This document shows positions 21,911 through 32,465 of a stretch of 64,000 bases of DNA, one piece after another. The DNA is taken from the IMG/VR virus record IMGVR_UViG_3300028045_001344, positions 87,554 to 151,553 of that record, one strand, 5' to 3'. Position 1 is the first letter of the stretch, and each line of letters begins with the position of its first letter. The notes beneath the pieces were generated by a model. The model searched no databases, had not been told where the DNA came from, and saw only the letters and a list, made by a program, of their open reading frames with translations. Made by a program: the position numbers and the translations under genes. Source of the DNA: a virus.

Positions 21911-23365
21911 TTACTCTATTATCTTAAATTTGTATATATTTTCATCTTCAATATATTTGCCACCAAGTGAAAACAATAATCTAATTCCATATTCAAAGCC
22001 AACCTCAAGCATCGACATATCAAATGTAAAATAACTGCCAGAAACATCATAAGAAAGACGAGTGTGATTTTCACTTCCTGTGCCGTATGGCACTATCTGC
22101 AAGTCATCCACAGTTCGATATACACTATAATAGATATTATCTAAAATGTCTTTTTGTATTCCCGCAATAGCTACAGTGTAGATTGTGGGGTTCCAATTTT
22201 TTAAACGAGTATAGAGACGAAAATCATAAACATCCTCATTGTAATATTCACATTGAAGATTTGTCATCGCGGAAATATACTCTGCTGTTTGGAAAGTAGG
22301 TGAAGCTGTTAGCGATTTTGGTTTATAACTACCAGTATAATAACATACTGACTCATCGGAATTGAACCATCTATCGTAGACTACTTCTTCAGTCGTATCA
22401 AGGGCAAAGGACGCGCTATAAATTCCAGTCGCGACCCACCCACCCGTAATTGGATTATTTGGGGCTGCTAGGATTTCAGAACCAGTTGAAGCAGAAATAT
22501 AATTACGAACATAAATTGCGCCGGTTCCAATAGTGGGAAGATCTACCAACTGATTTCTATAATAATTATAAAAATAAATCGTGTTTATATTATCTGCGGC
22601 TGAACGAGCTGAGCTTGATACAAAGAAATTGCCTCTCTGATCTTTGCGGGTTGAGTCCCATCGCGCTTCGATGATTGGTCTTTTAAAGAAATATTCACTA
22701 TCTCTAGCAGAGAACTTTTTAGTATAATAAGAACGGTTTCCATTTTCTTGGCTCGAAGTCAAATGAACACCAACACCATTGTTCGTATACTCGCCCCCTG
22801 CCGCACCAGTCAACCAGTTCTCAACCATCTCTGTTATGTCAACCGATAAATCTCCTGTTCCTACATCAAAAACCTGTTGGTAAGTAGGAGAGGATAAATA
22901 ATCACCACCGGCTGTAGTCCATGGTGTTCCTGCCGAAGCATTGATCCAATTTGAGCCTGTTCCATTATAAGTTTGATCGCTATAATTTTCCATGTCTAGT
23001 CCGTAGCCCTCTTGCCAAGATTGGGAAACAGGCTGTGCCACTAGTGTAAAATCTCTTGGAGTAGTTTGATCATGGGCTACATTAAATAATCTAAGATAAA
23101 AACTGACACTACCACTAGCCGGAATATCACCTGACGCCCGAGCACTTGCAATAGATAATGTAGAAGAATCCTCTAGTGTCACTGGAAATTGAACTAAAAG
23201 CCTTGTAAGTTCGACAGAAGCACTACTGGCTTGTCCAAATATTGAAAACACTTCCAAAGAGTCGGCAAGGCCCATGTTGCTGCCCGTGCCTCTGGTTACG
23301 AGGTTGGATTCAAATGCATTTGTTATGGTATTATCCTTTATGGCAACCCATCTTTTAATTCCCAT
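21911..23365 (-). CDS. DNRLRE-domain (carbohydrate-binding-like) virion protein
   Basis: 484 aa; VSQSWQEG..W..PWTTAGGDY..VDITEMVENWL..NNG..FSARD..RPIIE pattern. Confidence 0.6.
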   Translation of the reverse strand: MGIKRWVAIKDNTITNAFESNLVTRGTGSNMGLADSLEVFSIFGQASSASVELTRLLVQFPVTLEDSSTLSIASARASGDIPASGSVSFYLRLFNVAHDQTTPRDFTLVAQPVSQSWQEGYGLDMENYSDQTYNGTGSNWINASAGTPWTTAGGDYLSSPTYQQVFDVGTGDLSVDITEMVENWLTGAAGGEYTNNGVGVHLTSSQENGNRSYYTKKFSARDSEYFFKRPIIEARWDSTRKDQRGNFFVSSSARSAADNINTIYFYNYYRNQLVDLPTIGTGAIYVRNYISASTGSEILAAPNNPITGGWVATGIYSASFALDTTEEVVYDRWFNSDESVCYYTGSYKPKSLTASPTFQTAEYISAMTNLQCEYYNEDVYDFRLYTRLKNWNPTIYTVAIAGIQKDILDNIYYSVYRTVDDLQIVPYGTGSENHTRLSYDVSGSYFTFDMSMLEVGFEYGIRLLFSLGGKYIEDENIYKFKIIE

Positions 23366-25168
23366 TTACTTTACACTCCCAACAATATCCGAAGCTGGAT
23401 ATTTTAACTCCAATATAACATTTTGTGGGACTTTAATGAAGCGACCATCTGGAGAAATAGCTTGTTCGATATTGAATGCGGTTGTAGAATAATTATTTCC
23501 CCGCTTAATGCTTATATCAACACTTACCGTATCAACTACGCCAGGTGCTTCATTGAGTGTATTATAAACATCAGTGATAAAAAACGGTTCTCCGATATCC
23601 ATCTTCCTTGAATATTCCCTAGTAAGCACTGTGATGGCATCAGATAAGACTTGATATTTGTTAGTCTCTAGATCCGCTATAATATTAAAACTAATTTGTA
23701 TATTGGCAATCTTGGCATCAAATATATCTATAGTATCATTTATCATCCGAGATCGATTAACCCAAGATTTTAGGTTTTCTTTGATTGCATTATTTGAGGT
23801 TTCCAAATTTCCATCAGCATCTTCTGAAATAATATATAAATTAACGTTTCTCTTATTAGAATTATTATCTCTATAAACATTAACTCTTTTTACCGCTCCA
23901 AACTGTGCTGGCATTTTATACGCTATGGAACGATAATCTTGTTGTGTTACTGCTCGATTTTGACTGGCAAAAGTGTCATAGATTCTTATCTTGAGTTCTT
24001 CAATAGACGGCAGCGTTACGTCCCCAATAATAGGTTCCTCATTTGAAACTTCCAAAGAAGCCCTAACTGATGATACTAGGACTTGATCTAAACTATTGAC
24101 ATTCTCAAATTGGAATATTGGATCAGAAACACTCGCAAGTGTATTGGCACCGATATTTACAGTTGCATTTGTGTTTGAGCGGAACACAACCCTTAGTTCT
24201 GTGTTTGCTGGTGAAATACCAAGCTTGTCGGTTCCTAAAAGATTGGTTGGATCAAAGGATGTTTCAGTAACATAATCTTTTGAATGAAAATTCAAAACCG
24301 TTGTTGCCGGATCAATTAGTGGATTTGAAGCTACGTCTCTGGCAGAACCAAAGCCAAACTGTAAAAATGTTTTAAATTTTTGTCGTTCCACTGTAAATCG
24401 TCTTGGGACAACCACCGGCTTTAAAAGAGAGGGTGCCCGAGCGCGGGTAATGGCATCGCGATTAGTTATGGATTTATAGATTATATCCTGGGATAAATAA
24501 TCTACTTCAAAATACTGATTGCCTTCCTTATCAAATACATTTACAATCTCCGTTATGTTCTCATTAGATAACTCTATTTGACGGAATTTCTCAAATGCTC
24601 CGACTGTTATTATTTCGTCACGAATTTCGCCGGATATAACTTGACCTGTGGATCTAATGGCATAATGTGTCGGCATCCCAGTTGTCTCGTTGGCTTTGGC
24701 AACCACGATTTCATTAGTTGGATTAGAAAAATCTACATCTTCATTCAGAATGAAGCCGGTCCCATCATTCGAAGTCAATGATGTACCTCGTTGTAAGATT
24801 GGAATATAATTTGTATCTGGTCCTAGTCCAGTAGAATTTGCTGGTATGACAATATATAGAGAAGCAATACCTGTAGAAGACGGGGTTCCAGTAAAACGAA
24901 AACCCATTTGGCGACCAAGTTTTAAAATATTGTTATATTCAAGTGCTGTATCTAGAAAGGATTCATTGGCACTATAATCTACATAAAAAGAAGAAATGTC
25001 ACCCACATAGGCAACTGTATCTAGCATTAGTGCGCCGAAGCCAGCCTCATTGAAATCTCTAAATGTATTAGGATAATATCGTTTTGCATAATTAACTAAT
25101 TCATCTTTGATAGAATTGAAATCTCTCGCAGTATAGTTTATGGCGGGGAATAATTTTTTATGACTCAT
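23366..25168 (-). CDS. Baseplate wedge protein, T4 gp6/baseplate J-like
   Basis: 600 aa; YTARDFNSIKDEL..FRDFNE..LMLD..AYVGD..ESFL.TA and SQNRAVTQQDY motifs. Confidence 0.85.
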   Translation of the reverse strand: MSHKKLFPAINYTARDFNSIKDELVNYAKRYYPNTFRDFNEAGFGALMLDTVAYVGDISSFYVDYSANESFLDTALEYNNILKLGRQMGFRFTGTPSSTGIASLYIVIPANSTGLGPDTNYIPILQRGTSLTSNDGTGFILNEDVDFSNPTNEIVVAKANETTGMPTHYAIRSTGQVISGEIRDEIITVGAFEKFRQIELSNENITEIVNVFDKEGNQYFEVDYLSQDIIYKSITNRDAITRARAPSLLKPVVVPRRFTVERQKFKTFLQFGFGSARDVASNPLIDPATTVLNFHSKDYVTETSFDPTNLLGTDKLGISPANTELRVVFRSNTNATVNIGANTLASVSDPIFQFENVNSLDQVLVSSVRASLEVSNEEPIIGDVTLPSIEELKIRIYDTFASQNRAVTQQDYRSIAYKMPAQFGAVKRVNVYRDNNSNKRNVNLYIISEDADGNLETSNNAIKENLKSWVNRSRMINDTIDIFDAKIANIQISFNIIADLETNKYQVLSDAITVLTREYSRKMDIGEPFFITDVYNTLNEAPGVVDTVSVDISIKRGNNYSTTAFNIEQAISPDGRFIKVPQNVILELKYPASDIVGSVK

Positions 25169-25184
25169 GGGCGCGTCCTGCTAA

Positions 25185-25192
25185 TAATTAGT
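25185..25192 (-). promoter_or_regulatory. Putative late-promoter element ACTAATTA
   Basis: ~17 nt upstream of ATG 25168; overlaps the stop codon of the gp25-like gene. Confidence 0.4.
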
Positions 25193-25583
25193 TATGAGGT
25201 AGAGTTATTTCTAATTTATCCACTTGACTCAATGGCAGGATCGTGTAGCCAAGATCGACTTTTAATAAATTACGATCAAGGGCATCAACCAACGAATCAT
25301 AAGGTGAGAAATCAATGTAAGTAATTGAAACAAAAGGTATGTATCTCGTCACCTGTTCATGTATTTTTGCTCGGATGGCAGAATATAGAGCCTCGCCGTC
25401 ATTTTCGAAAAGATAATTTCTTATACCCACTCCGAAATTAGGGTCCATCATTCGTTCTCCTGGTGCAGTTAAAATAAGGTTTCGAAAATTTTGTTTTATC
25501 AAGTTCTTGTATGATTTGATGAGTTTGTAAGTTCCATCTTCATCGCTCCTAATTAAAGGTAATTTTGGTGTAAGTCCAGACAT
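25188..25583 (-). CDS. Baseplate wedge subunit, T4 gp25/GPW-like
   Basis: 131 aa; NLILTAPGERMMDPNFGVGIRNYLFE motif; adjacent to the gp6-like gene. Confidence 0.88.
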   Translation of the reverse strand: MSGLTPKLPLIRSDEDGTYKLIKSYKNLIKQNFRNLILTAPGERMMDPNFGVGIRNYLFENDGEALYSAIRAKIHEQVTRYIPFVSITYIDFSPYDSLVDALDRNLLKVDLGYTILPLSQVDKLEITLPHN

Positions 25584-25600
25584 ATTGTTCTCCTAGATAT

Positions 25601-28600
25601 TTAGTCACATTCATCTTTTCCGCTTGGATTAATTTCATTACTTGGTGAGCTTGGTTGCCCCGAACAATCATCCTTTCCGGTTAAATCCGGTCCGTTTAGC
25701 TTTTTAATATTACAGCGATCCCTCTTTTTCTGATCTGCTGTTTTCAACGCTCGTGATCCAGGGAGTTCTTCGTGTCCGAAAGCCGCAAGATATGCAGCAC
25801 CTAAACCAGTTATCGGAGGACCAACGCCTATACCAAGTGGAGGCACACCAAAAATATTAATAGGCAATAACCCAAATGATATAAGCAACAACGGAATATC
25901 AATCTCTGGTAAATTGAGAGCACATTCAGTGATCTGATTTTTTCTTATTTCTTCTTCACTTTGACCTTGTAATCTTCCAACAGAAGATTTTCCTCTATTA
26001 ATTGCTGACGTTAACGCTGGTCCTATCAACTCCATAGCATCTTTAATCTTCTTGGCTACAGCAATATTTGGATCAAAAGCCTCACCAGCACCCTTTAGTA
26101 TTCCCCAGAAAAACTGCTCTATTATTGAAAAATCAAAACCAGGAATGTCGGCACCATTTATAGCAGCATTTGCCTGTGCCTTATTAGTAAAGACAAGATC
26201 ACGCGACTTATAATCGCCACTGCTCGCAACAGAACTAAAAGACATCCTTAGTTGTTCTTTGGTTCCCAAGAATGCGTTATTTAGCCCAGGAAATGGAAGT
26301 GAATAAGTGATCCCATATAAAGCTGTCAAAGAAACCAAACGATCCATTGGAAAACAATAATCAAAAATAAAAGAGTATTCTGGTGTTTCTTTTATTTTGG
26401 TGACAAGTTCTGGATATACATTATTATATCCATCGCTAAAATAATTGGGATCGTTACGAATATCTGAAACTGATATATCTAAAGGAAGTTCTTTTTCCAC
26501 GCACACAATTGGTATCGTATAGGCGTCTATCCTTTCTGCATTGGCTTCTTCTTTATAGTGATAAGACTTATTTAGTTTTGTATTGTTGACATCATAATTA
26601 TTTTGCATAGCCTGGTGGATGGGTTGGCTCGTTATTCCCCTGGAATTGTCAGCCGTATCATTGACAACTTGACACACTAACCTCAATCCATACCTCAAGG
26701 ATTTAATATAACTCCCAAGTTTTTGGGGGTCTGGGGCAGTGGCGATCAGTGGGGCTAATTCTCCGGGAATGACAATTTCTTGTTCGGCGCAATCGTCGGC
26801 GGCAATAATCGTTGAATCCAAGCGGACTGGGGTGGTGGGAATGATGGGCATTGAGGTTTGGCTAAAGAACTCTCCGCTCATCCAAGTGCTAAATAAATTT
26901 TTATCCACAACACCTCTATTATCAAAAGGCAGATCCTCTGGTTGATAGGTGGGGGCATATTTGGGAGGAGGGAAAGCAGAAGTGGAGTCAACACTTTTAT
27001 TGTCTTTGTATTCCACTCTGATATATGTCTCAAGGTAAATATTTCCCTCACGCCAATCTTTTAAACCAATAATATCTTCTTTTGATGCCACGCCATAATC
27101 TCCAAGCCTAAAGTCTTGACCAAGCCTTTGAAGGGCGGGTTTGCGCAATATTCCAGCGTTCCCGGACTGAGGTGCCGAGGAGGATACATTAAATTGTGGC
27201 AACCAATGAAGGGGTGCTATTTGATTGGGAACCAACTCCGCTGAAAAAAGTAAATCATCTACTGCTTGGGGGGAAGATGGTAACGAAGCTAATTTCAATA
27301 TTTCAGTAACGGCATACGCTAATTCATTTTTTACAAACCAGTTAAAAGCTTTTCTCGGATCACTCAAATTATTTGGTGACTGATGTTGGGGCAAAGAATT
27401 ATAAGACTTTAAGCACTGACTCAAAAAAGAGTTCAAATAAAATTTAGCTTTGATTTCTTCAATAGCTTGAGTCGAAACATACTCTACAAAAACCTCGTCT
27501 ATGTCAGTTATGGACAATGCACTAAAAGTCGGGGCTGTTCTTATTATAGCTTCAAGCGCATACACTCGCGCCGTAGTTTGCACAAGACCATACAGTATGG
27601 ACTGCTCCAAAGCGTTATCTTTATTGGAGACTGTTCCACAAACATTAGGCATCGTGGGTTCGATACATTTTGTCATATCATAAACTTCTTTGAGTCTGTT
27701 TTTTATGCCCGTAAGATCTAATAAACTATTATCATTTCCTTCCTGTGATGGATCTGAACTTACGCATGGTTGCGGCGTTAGGTTTAGACTTTGAAAGACA
27801 TTATCTTCTAAAAGCTTTGATTTACTTACTTCAAACAAACACATAGCTTGCAAGCCCCTCAACAATTCATCATATAAGGTTCCAACTAATTCCCCTTGGT
27901 TTCCTGTGCTTAGAATGTTTTGTCCCTGGATTTGTAAAAGAGTGTTGGGATCTAGAGAGTGGGCGGAGGCTCCGCCAGGAGTTTGGATGATGTTACCAAT
28001 TGCGTTAGCATATCCTGGACGTTCTGAAATTGGTAATTTTCTTATTTCTCCCAAATCTTGAATTGTATATATGCTTTCTCCCAAATTCCAAGAATTACTC
28101 AAAAACTCTGCGAACCTTCTTTCTACTAAAGAAAAATCACTATTGGTCTTGGGTGGATGCGTGGGATCAAGAGGGGGAACATTTACAGGACTTAATTGAG
28201 TTTCGCCTAAACCCTTTTCCTCTATAACTTCTTGCGTTTTGATAGGTATGTCAGATTGTTGGAACCCTTTGGACCAAATAACATTTTGTTGTCCCGCTTG
28301 AATGGAAACGGCAAAGTTTTCTTTTCCAGTTATAGGTTCTTCTGAAAATTGAGTGTAAAACAAAGCGTAAGTGCTATCTCTAAATACATCGCCTAATATT
28401 CCATCGAGTGTTTGTTCGCTGTTCAGATCATCTGAAGAAGTGCCAAAGCCGCCCCAAGACTTTCTTAACTCATTTTTTACATAGTTTTTTACTTGATCAA
28501 TTTGACTTTGACCAGACGTAGGAGTAGAGAGCTTTGTGCTCAACGAGTCTTCTATAGTAAATTGTAATATTTTAGAACGTGAATTTAGAAGATCTCTACG

Positions 28601-31483
28601 ATCCCTGTTCTCCATAAAATCGTGGCCCGTGCGTAAACTGGTTTGAAACCTTGTATAAACGCCAACGTTCTTGTCGCCTTCTGTGTCTGCCATCCCAGGA
28701 AGAAACACGTTTTCAAAGGTTTGGGCTTTGATGGGGCTTGGGTTTGTGGTGTTATAGCGGAGAGTGTCTCGGCGGGCATCATCTGGGTTTTTTTTGTTGG
28801 ATTCCCAAAATGGCATTTGGCCCGTGGGTCGCTGACCCTGATCATAAAGCATACGAAATTCTGGGTTGATGATCTCCCGATTATTAACCGTGACTAATCG
28901 AGGAACGTCCTTTCCCTCGCCAAGCACCCTTGGTGATAAAAGACTTGGAACGGAGGAGACATCAGTAATAAACGAATTATAAATCCCATCAAAAGTTGTA
29001 TCAAGCACACGATCCATCATAAATGTATAAGAAGGATGATCCTGTTTGATTAGTCCTTCCACAAAATTACCATCAGCATCTATCGCACAATAAACTGGTG
29101 GGACAACTCCGTCTAACGGATCTTCTTTATCTAAAATTTCAGCAAGCTCATTGATGCGGCTTTTTGCTCGCTCGCGAGATGCATTTATTTGAGCATTACA
29201 AACTTCTAAACTTGTTATTCCTTTTCCTTCTAAAAGCTCACAGCGAAGAAAGTTATCATCTTCATCGCAAAGGCTTGTGGCAAGTATCGGCGTAAGATCT
29301 TCAAAATTGTCTATTTGTTTTTGTATTTCTTCTTCATCAACCAGTTTGCCAACGTTTCCAAAGAAATCGTTAATTTTATCTTCATCACCCAATAGGTCAC
29401 ATAAAGGACCATAAATCTCTGGGTTTATGGCACACATTTGATCGGCAGTAGATTGAACAATTTTTATTGTATCTTTTGTAGTTTTTCCCTGAAGCATTTT
29501 ATTTACTTCTCCGCAAGTGAGTGTGCTGCCAAGTGTATCCAGAAAGGAGCCAATAGGTGATTGTGTAATAGCCTGGGCTGTGGCTTGAGTTGCCTGTTGT
29601 ACCGCTTGTCCTGCTGCTTGCTGAACTTGTGACGCCGGTTGAGCCAATGGAGCTGTTAGTTTGTCCACTTGCTCATCTGTTACGTGAGATTGAAGATTAC
29701 TTAAAAATTTGCGTGATTGTTGAGAAATCCCTGGGGAAACAATACCGGCTTTCATGCCATCAAGTACGGCACCACCAACATTTTCTCCCATTACACCTAG
29801 CGTACCGGCAATTACGCCCGCAGTGTTTCCTTCACTAAGCATTTTGCCGATAGGAAGACTACCGAAATTTAACTTACATGGATCTCCGCAAGCCTCCAAA
29901 TACATCATTACAACTTGTTTGACCATTGATATAAGTGCTTTCTTGACTGCTTCTGCAATTGAAAGCAATATTTGTTCAACAATATCCCCCATGATATCGA
30001 CGGTGGGTATAATGTCGTCCAAACTTATAACAGGAATCTTTAATATTTTTACAACTTCACCCGCGAAGCGATTCACATCAAGCAAGAAGCTCTTTATCTC
30101 ATCTATGGGAAGATCTAGATTCAAGCATTCCACAGCAGCTTTCACGATATAGGTTATACCAAATTTATTCAAATAATGATAATAAACATCCTCAATACTG
30201 TTTATTGTATTGATTGTTTTATTCAGGTTTCCAATTACAGTATCGCCAACAAAATCTTTTGATTGTTTGCGAAACTCATTCATCTCTTTTTTTAATTCTT
30301 TAGACTTTAGTCTCCAAGATTCTTCACTTAAAGCTTTAGCATCTTTCGCAGAGTTTGAGTTAACTTTTTTTATCTCTGTTTCCATTTGAGCATTTTGATC
30401 TGGTGATCTCGGACGACCCACTGTATATTCAATTACTGGTGATGGAAATTTAATAAACTCAGTAATAAAAGTTTCCCAACCCATTGGTGGACTGCCGATG
30501 CCATCTTTTACTGTTGGTCGCTGTTGAGCTATTTGTGTTATTTTCTCTAAATGTTTATACAGATACATCGTGTTGCTTGTTATAAACATAGAATCACTAA
30601 ATGTACTAAAGCCAGCAGATAAATTCCGAAAGGAGTTTCCTTGATTTATTTGAGCATATTGTGGCAAATAGGCTGAACCTGTTAGTCCAGAACCCGACAT
30701 ACCCATCATAATAAGATCGGATTGAGATTCCGAGTAGAGATACCCATTTGTCCTAACTAGATCACGTAATACTGGTACAAACTCACGAAACCTCTCTGCT
30801 TCTTTCGCAAGATCGGCGTTATATACTTTTCCCTCAAAATCCATCATAACGCTATTATAATTTTCTAATAGTTGAGAAACCTTGGATACCTTTTTTTCTA
30901 GACCATAGGTGTTTAATTGAATCTCATCATAAACCGCAGGAGCCACAAATTTTTTCTCTGGAAGATTACTAAAAAGTGACTGGAAACGAAGATTGGATGA
31001 TTCTGGGGCTCCCACAGATGGAACACCACCAAATGCTGTAGATGTATCCAATTGAATTGAAGGATTAGAAAAGCTGTTGCTATAGTTCCCTGGAAGTATT
31101 TCTGGTATGGTTACTAATACTTTAATATTTGATGCAGGTCGCAAAGGAACATACAACCCCTGTGCTTCTTCTTCTGGTGTTCCGTTTTCTCCCGGTATAA
31201 TAACATCTGAAATTAATCCAGAAATAGTTTGGTCATCGGAGTCTTTATTATAAAAATCTAAAATAGAACGCAACCCTTCTTCTTTGTATGGCGACTTATC
31301 AGAAGGCACAAGATCATATTGAGCAATCCCAGTATCGACGGCAACACCATAATATCCTCCCACAGAACCAGACCGAGGGACAAAAAATGGTGTCTCACCT
31401 TCTGGCTTAGTCCAGTCTAATGAGATAAGAGGTTTTATATTCCGCCCGACTCGTTCAGTGTTTTTTTGATTAGCGTTAGACAT
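25601..31483 (-). CDS. Very large, largely helical hypothetical virion protein
   Basis: 1960-aa ORF between the spike and gp25-like genes; Q/A low-complexity patch; no family recognised. Confidence 0.5.
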   Translation of the reverse strand: MSNANQKNTERVGRNIKPLISLDWTKPEGETPFFVPRSGSVGGYYGVAVDTGIAQYDLVPSDKSPYKEEGLRSILDFYNKDSDDQTISGLISDVIIPGENGTPEEEAQGLYVPLRPASNIKVLVTIPEILPGNYSNSFSNPSIQLDTSTAFGGVPSVGAPESSNLRFQSLFSNLPEKKFVAPAVYDEIQLNTYGLEKKVSKVSQLLENYNSVMMDFEGKVYNADLAKEAERFREFVPVLRDLVRTNGYLYSESQSDLIMMGMSGSGLTGSAYLPQYAQINQGNSFRNLSAGFSTFSDSMFITSNTMYLYKHLEKITQIAQQRPTVKDGIGSPPMGWETFITEFIKFPSPVIEYTVGRPRSPDQNAQMETEIKKVNSNSAKDAKALSEESWRLKSKELKKEMNEFRKQSKDFVGDTVIGNLNKTINTINSIEDVYYHYLNKFGITYIVKAAVECLNLDLPIDEIKSFLLDVNRFAGEVVKILKIPVISLDDIIPTVDIMGDIVEQILLSIAEAVKKALISMVKQVVMMYLEACGDPCKLNFGSLPIGKMLSEGNTAGVIAGTLGVMGENVGGAVLDGMKAGIVSPGISQQSRKFLSNLQSHVTDEQVDKLTAPLAQPASQVQQAAGQAVQQATQATAQAITQSPIGSFLDTLGSTLTCGEVNKMLQGKTTKDTIKIVQSTADQMCAINPEIYGPLCDLLGDEDKINDFFGNVGKLVDEEEIQKQIDNFEDLTPILATSLCDEDDNFLRCELLEGKGITSLEVCNAQINASRERAKSRINELAEILDKEDPLDGVVPPVYCAIDADGNFVEGLIKQDHPSYTFMMDRVLDTTFDGIYNSFITDVSSVPSLLSPRVLGEGKDVPRLVTVNNREIINPEFRMLYDQGQRPTGQMPFWESNKKNPDDARRDTLRYNTTNPSPIKAQTFENVFLPGMADTEGDKNVGVYTRFQTSLRTGHDFMENRDRRDLLNSRSKILQFTIEDSLSTKLSTPTSGQSQIDQVKNYVKNELRKSWGGFGTSSDDLNSEQTLDGILGDVFRDSTYALFYTQFSEEPITGKENFAVSIQAGQQNVIWSKGFQQSDIPIKTQEVIEEKGLGETQLSPVNVPPLDPTHPPKTNSDFSLVERRFAEFLSNSWNLGESIYTIQDLGEIRKLPISERPGYANAIGNIIQTPGGASAHSLDPNTLLQIQGQNILSTGNQGELVGTLYDELLRGLQAMCLFEVSKSKLLEDNVFQSLNLTPQPCVSSDPSQEGNDNSLLDLTGIKNRLKEVYDMTKCIEPTMPNVCGTVSNKDNALEQSILYGLVQTTARVYALEAIIRTAPTFSALSITDIDEVFVEYVSTQAIEEIKAKFYLNSFLSQCLKSYNSLPQHQSPNNLSDPRKAFNWFVKNELAYAVTEILKLASLPSSPQAVDDLLFSAELVPNQIAPLHWLPQFNVSSSAPQSGNAGILRKPALQRLGQDFRLGDYGVASKEDIIGLKDWREGNIYLETYIRVEYKDNKSVDSTSAFPPPKYAPTYQPEDLPFDNRGVVDKNLFSTWMSGEFFSQTSMPIIPTTPVRLDSTIIAADDCAEQEIVIPGELAPLIATAPDPQKLGSYIKSLRYGLRLVCQVVNDTADNSRGITSQPIHQAMQNNYDVNNTKLNKSYHYKEEANAERIDAYTIPIVCVEKELPLDISVSDIRNDPNYFSDGYNNVYPELVTKIKETPEYSFIFDYCFPMDRLVSLTALYGITYSLPFPGLNNAFLGTKEQLRMSFSSVASSGDYKSRDLVFTNKAQANAAINGADIPGFDFSIIEQFFWGILKGAGEAFDPNIAVAKKIKDAMELIGPALTSAINRGKSSVGRLQGQSEEEIRKNQITECALNLPEIDIPLLLISFGLLPINIFGVPPLGIGVGPPITGLGAAYLAAFGHEELPGSRALKTADQKKRDRCNIKKLNGPDLTGKDDCSGQPSSPSNEINPSGKDECD

Positions 31484-31486
31484 GAC

Positions 31487-32464
31487 TCAAGTTGTGTTAT
31501 TAAACCTACTATTAATGTATTTAGAGCCAGCAGGATTTAAATAAGAAAACTGGAATAAAGCTAAATTAGCTTTATGAGTGGCTAATGATTTCTTGGTCTG
31601 TGAAAGATGATCAATCATTGTCCTCATGCCCGCAGCTACAACTGGGAACGAGGGGAATGTTTCCCAAGGGCCGGTGCCGTCCCATGGTTTTCCAGGTGCG
31701 AGATGAGTATGATGTGTGAGGGTTTCATTGAGCCCGATTTGATACATTAACAATGAATCCACAATACCATTTAACTTATCAACATGCGTTGTTAGTCTTT
31801 CTAGTGCAGCTCGTAAGTTTTCACCCTTTACTAGCGGCTGTAAATCTTCATCATTATTGGAGGCTAACAAATCAATTCCATTAACACTTTCGATATCAGA
31901 ACCTTGAGAATTACGCCGATCTGTTCGCGTTACTAATTTTATTCCTTCACGACCAATAATTCTAATTCCATCAGCTTTGAGAGCAATTCCTGATTTAGTC
32001 TTAGAATTTCCGATGCTTCCATCGACAAGATTAAAATTCTCATCAATATCGGTTTTTTGACTCATATAGATTCGGGCGGCATCCTTGTTGATATCAGGAT
32101 CAACCCATGTTCTTTGTTTAGAGTCGTCAGATCCTTTGGTTACGCTAAAAGATCTCGCTTCAGCACCAAGTCGTCCCACAACTAAATCTAAAGAACCACA
32201 CTGAGTATCACCTTTGCCGCCATAGCCGCTCAACCTACTTTGTGGTCGATCTCTGCCAAACACAATCCATGAGTTATTCATTCCACTAATAACTTTTTCA
32301 GAGGGTGTTTGAATATAAGCAGGTATAGGTTCTGAAATTGGATCGCCAGCTACGCCCGCATAATCAAGCCTTAAAGACTCGGGCACATTATTTAGTCTTG
32401 CTTCCTTTGCCTCATCTGTGGAGTTAATTCCTCCAATAGCGATTGCTTTTTTCTTTGTTGCCAT
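31487..32464 (-). CDS. Baseplate central spike (gp5-C/gpV-like) with HxH metal-binding tip motif
   Basis: 325 aa; IVFGRDR, AARIYMSQKTD and IALKADGIRIIGREGIKL beta-strand repeats; THHTH near the C-terminus. Confidence 0.55.
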   Translation of the reverse strand: MATKKKAIAIGGINSTDEAKEARLNNVPESLRLDYAGVAGDPISEPIPAYIQTPSEKVISGMNNSWIVFGRDRPQSRLSGYGGKGDTQCGSLDLVVGRLGAEARSFSVTKGSDDSKQRTWVDPDINKDAARIYMSQKTDIDENFNLVDGSIGNSKTKSGIALKADGIRIIGREGIKLVTRTDRRNSQGSDIESVNGIDLLASNNDEDLQPLVKGENLRAALERLTTHVDKLNGIVDSLLMYQIGLNETLTHHTHLAPGKPWDGTGPWETFPSFPVVAAGMRTMIDHLSQTKKSLATHKANLALFQFSYLNPAGSKYINSRFNNTT

Positions 32465-32465
32465 A

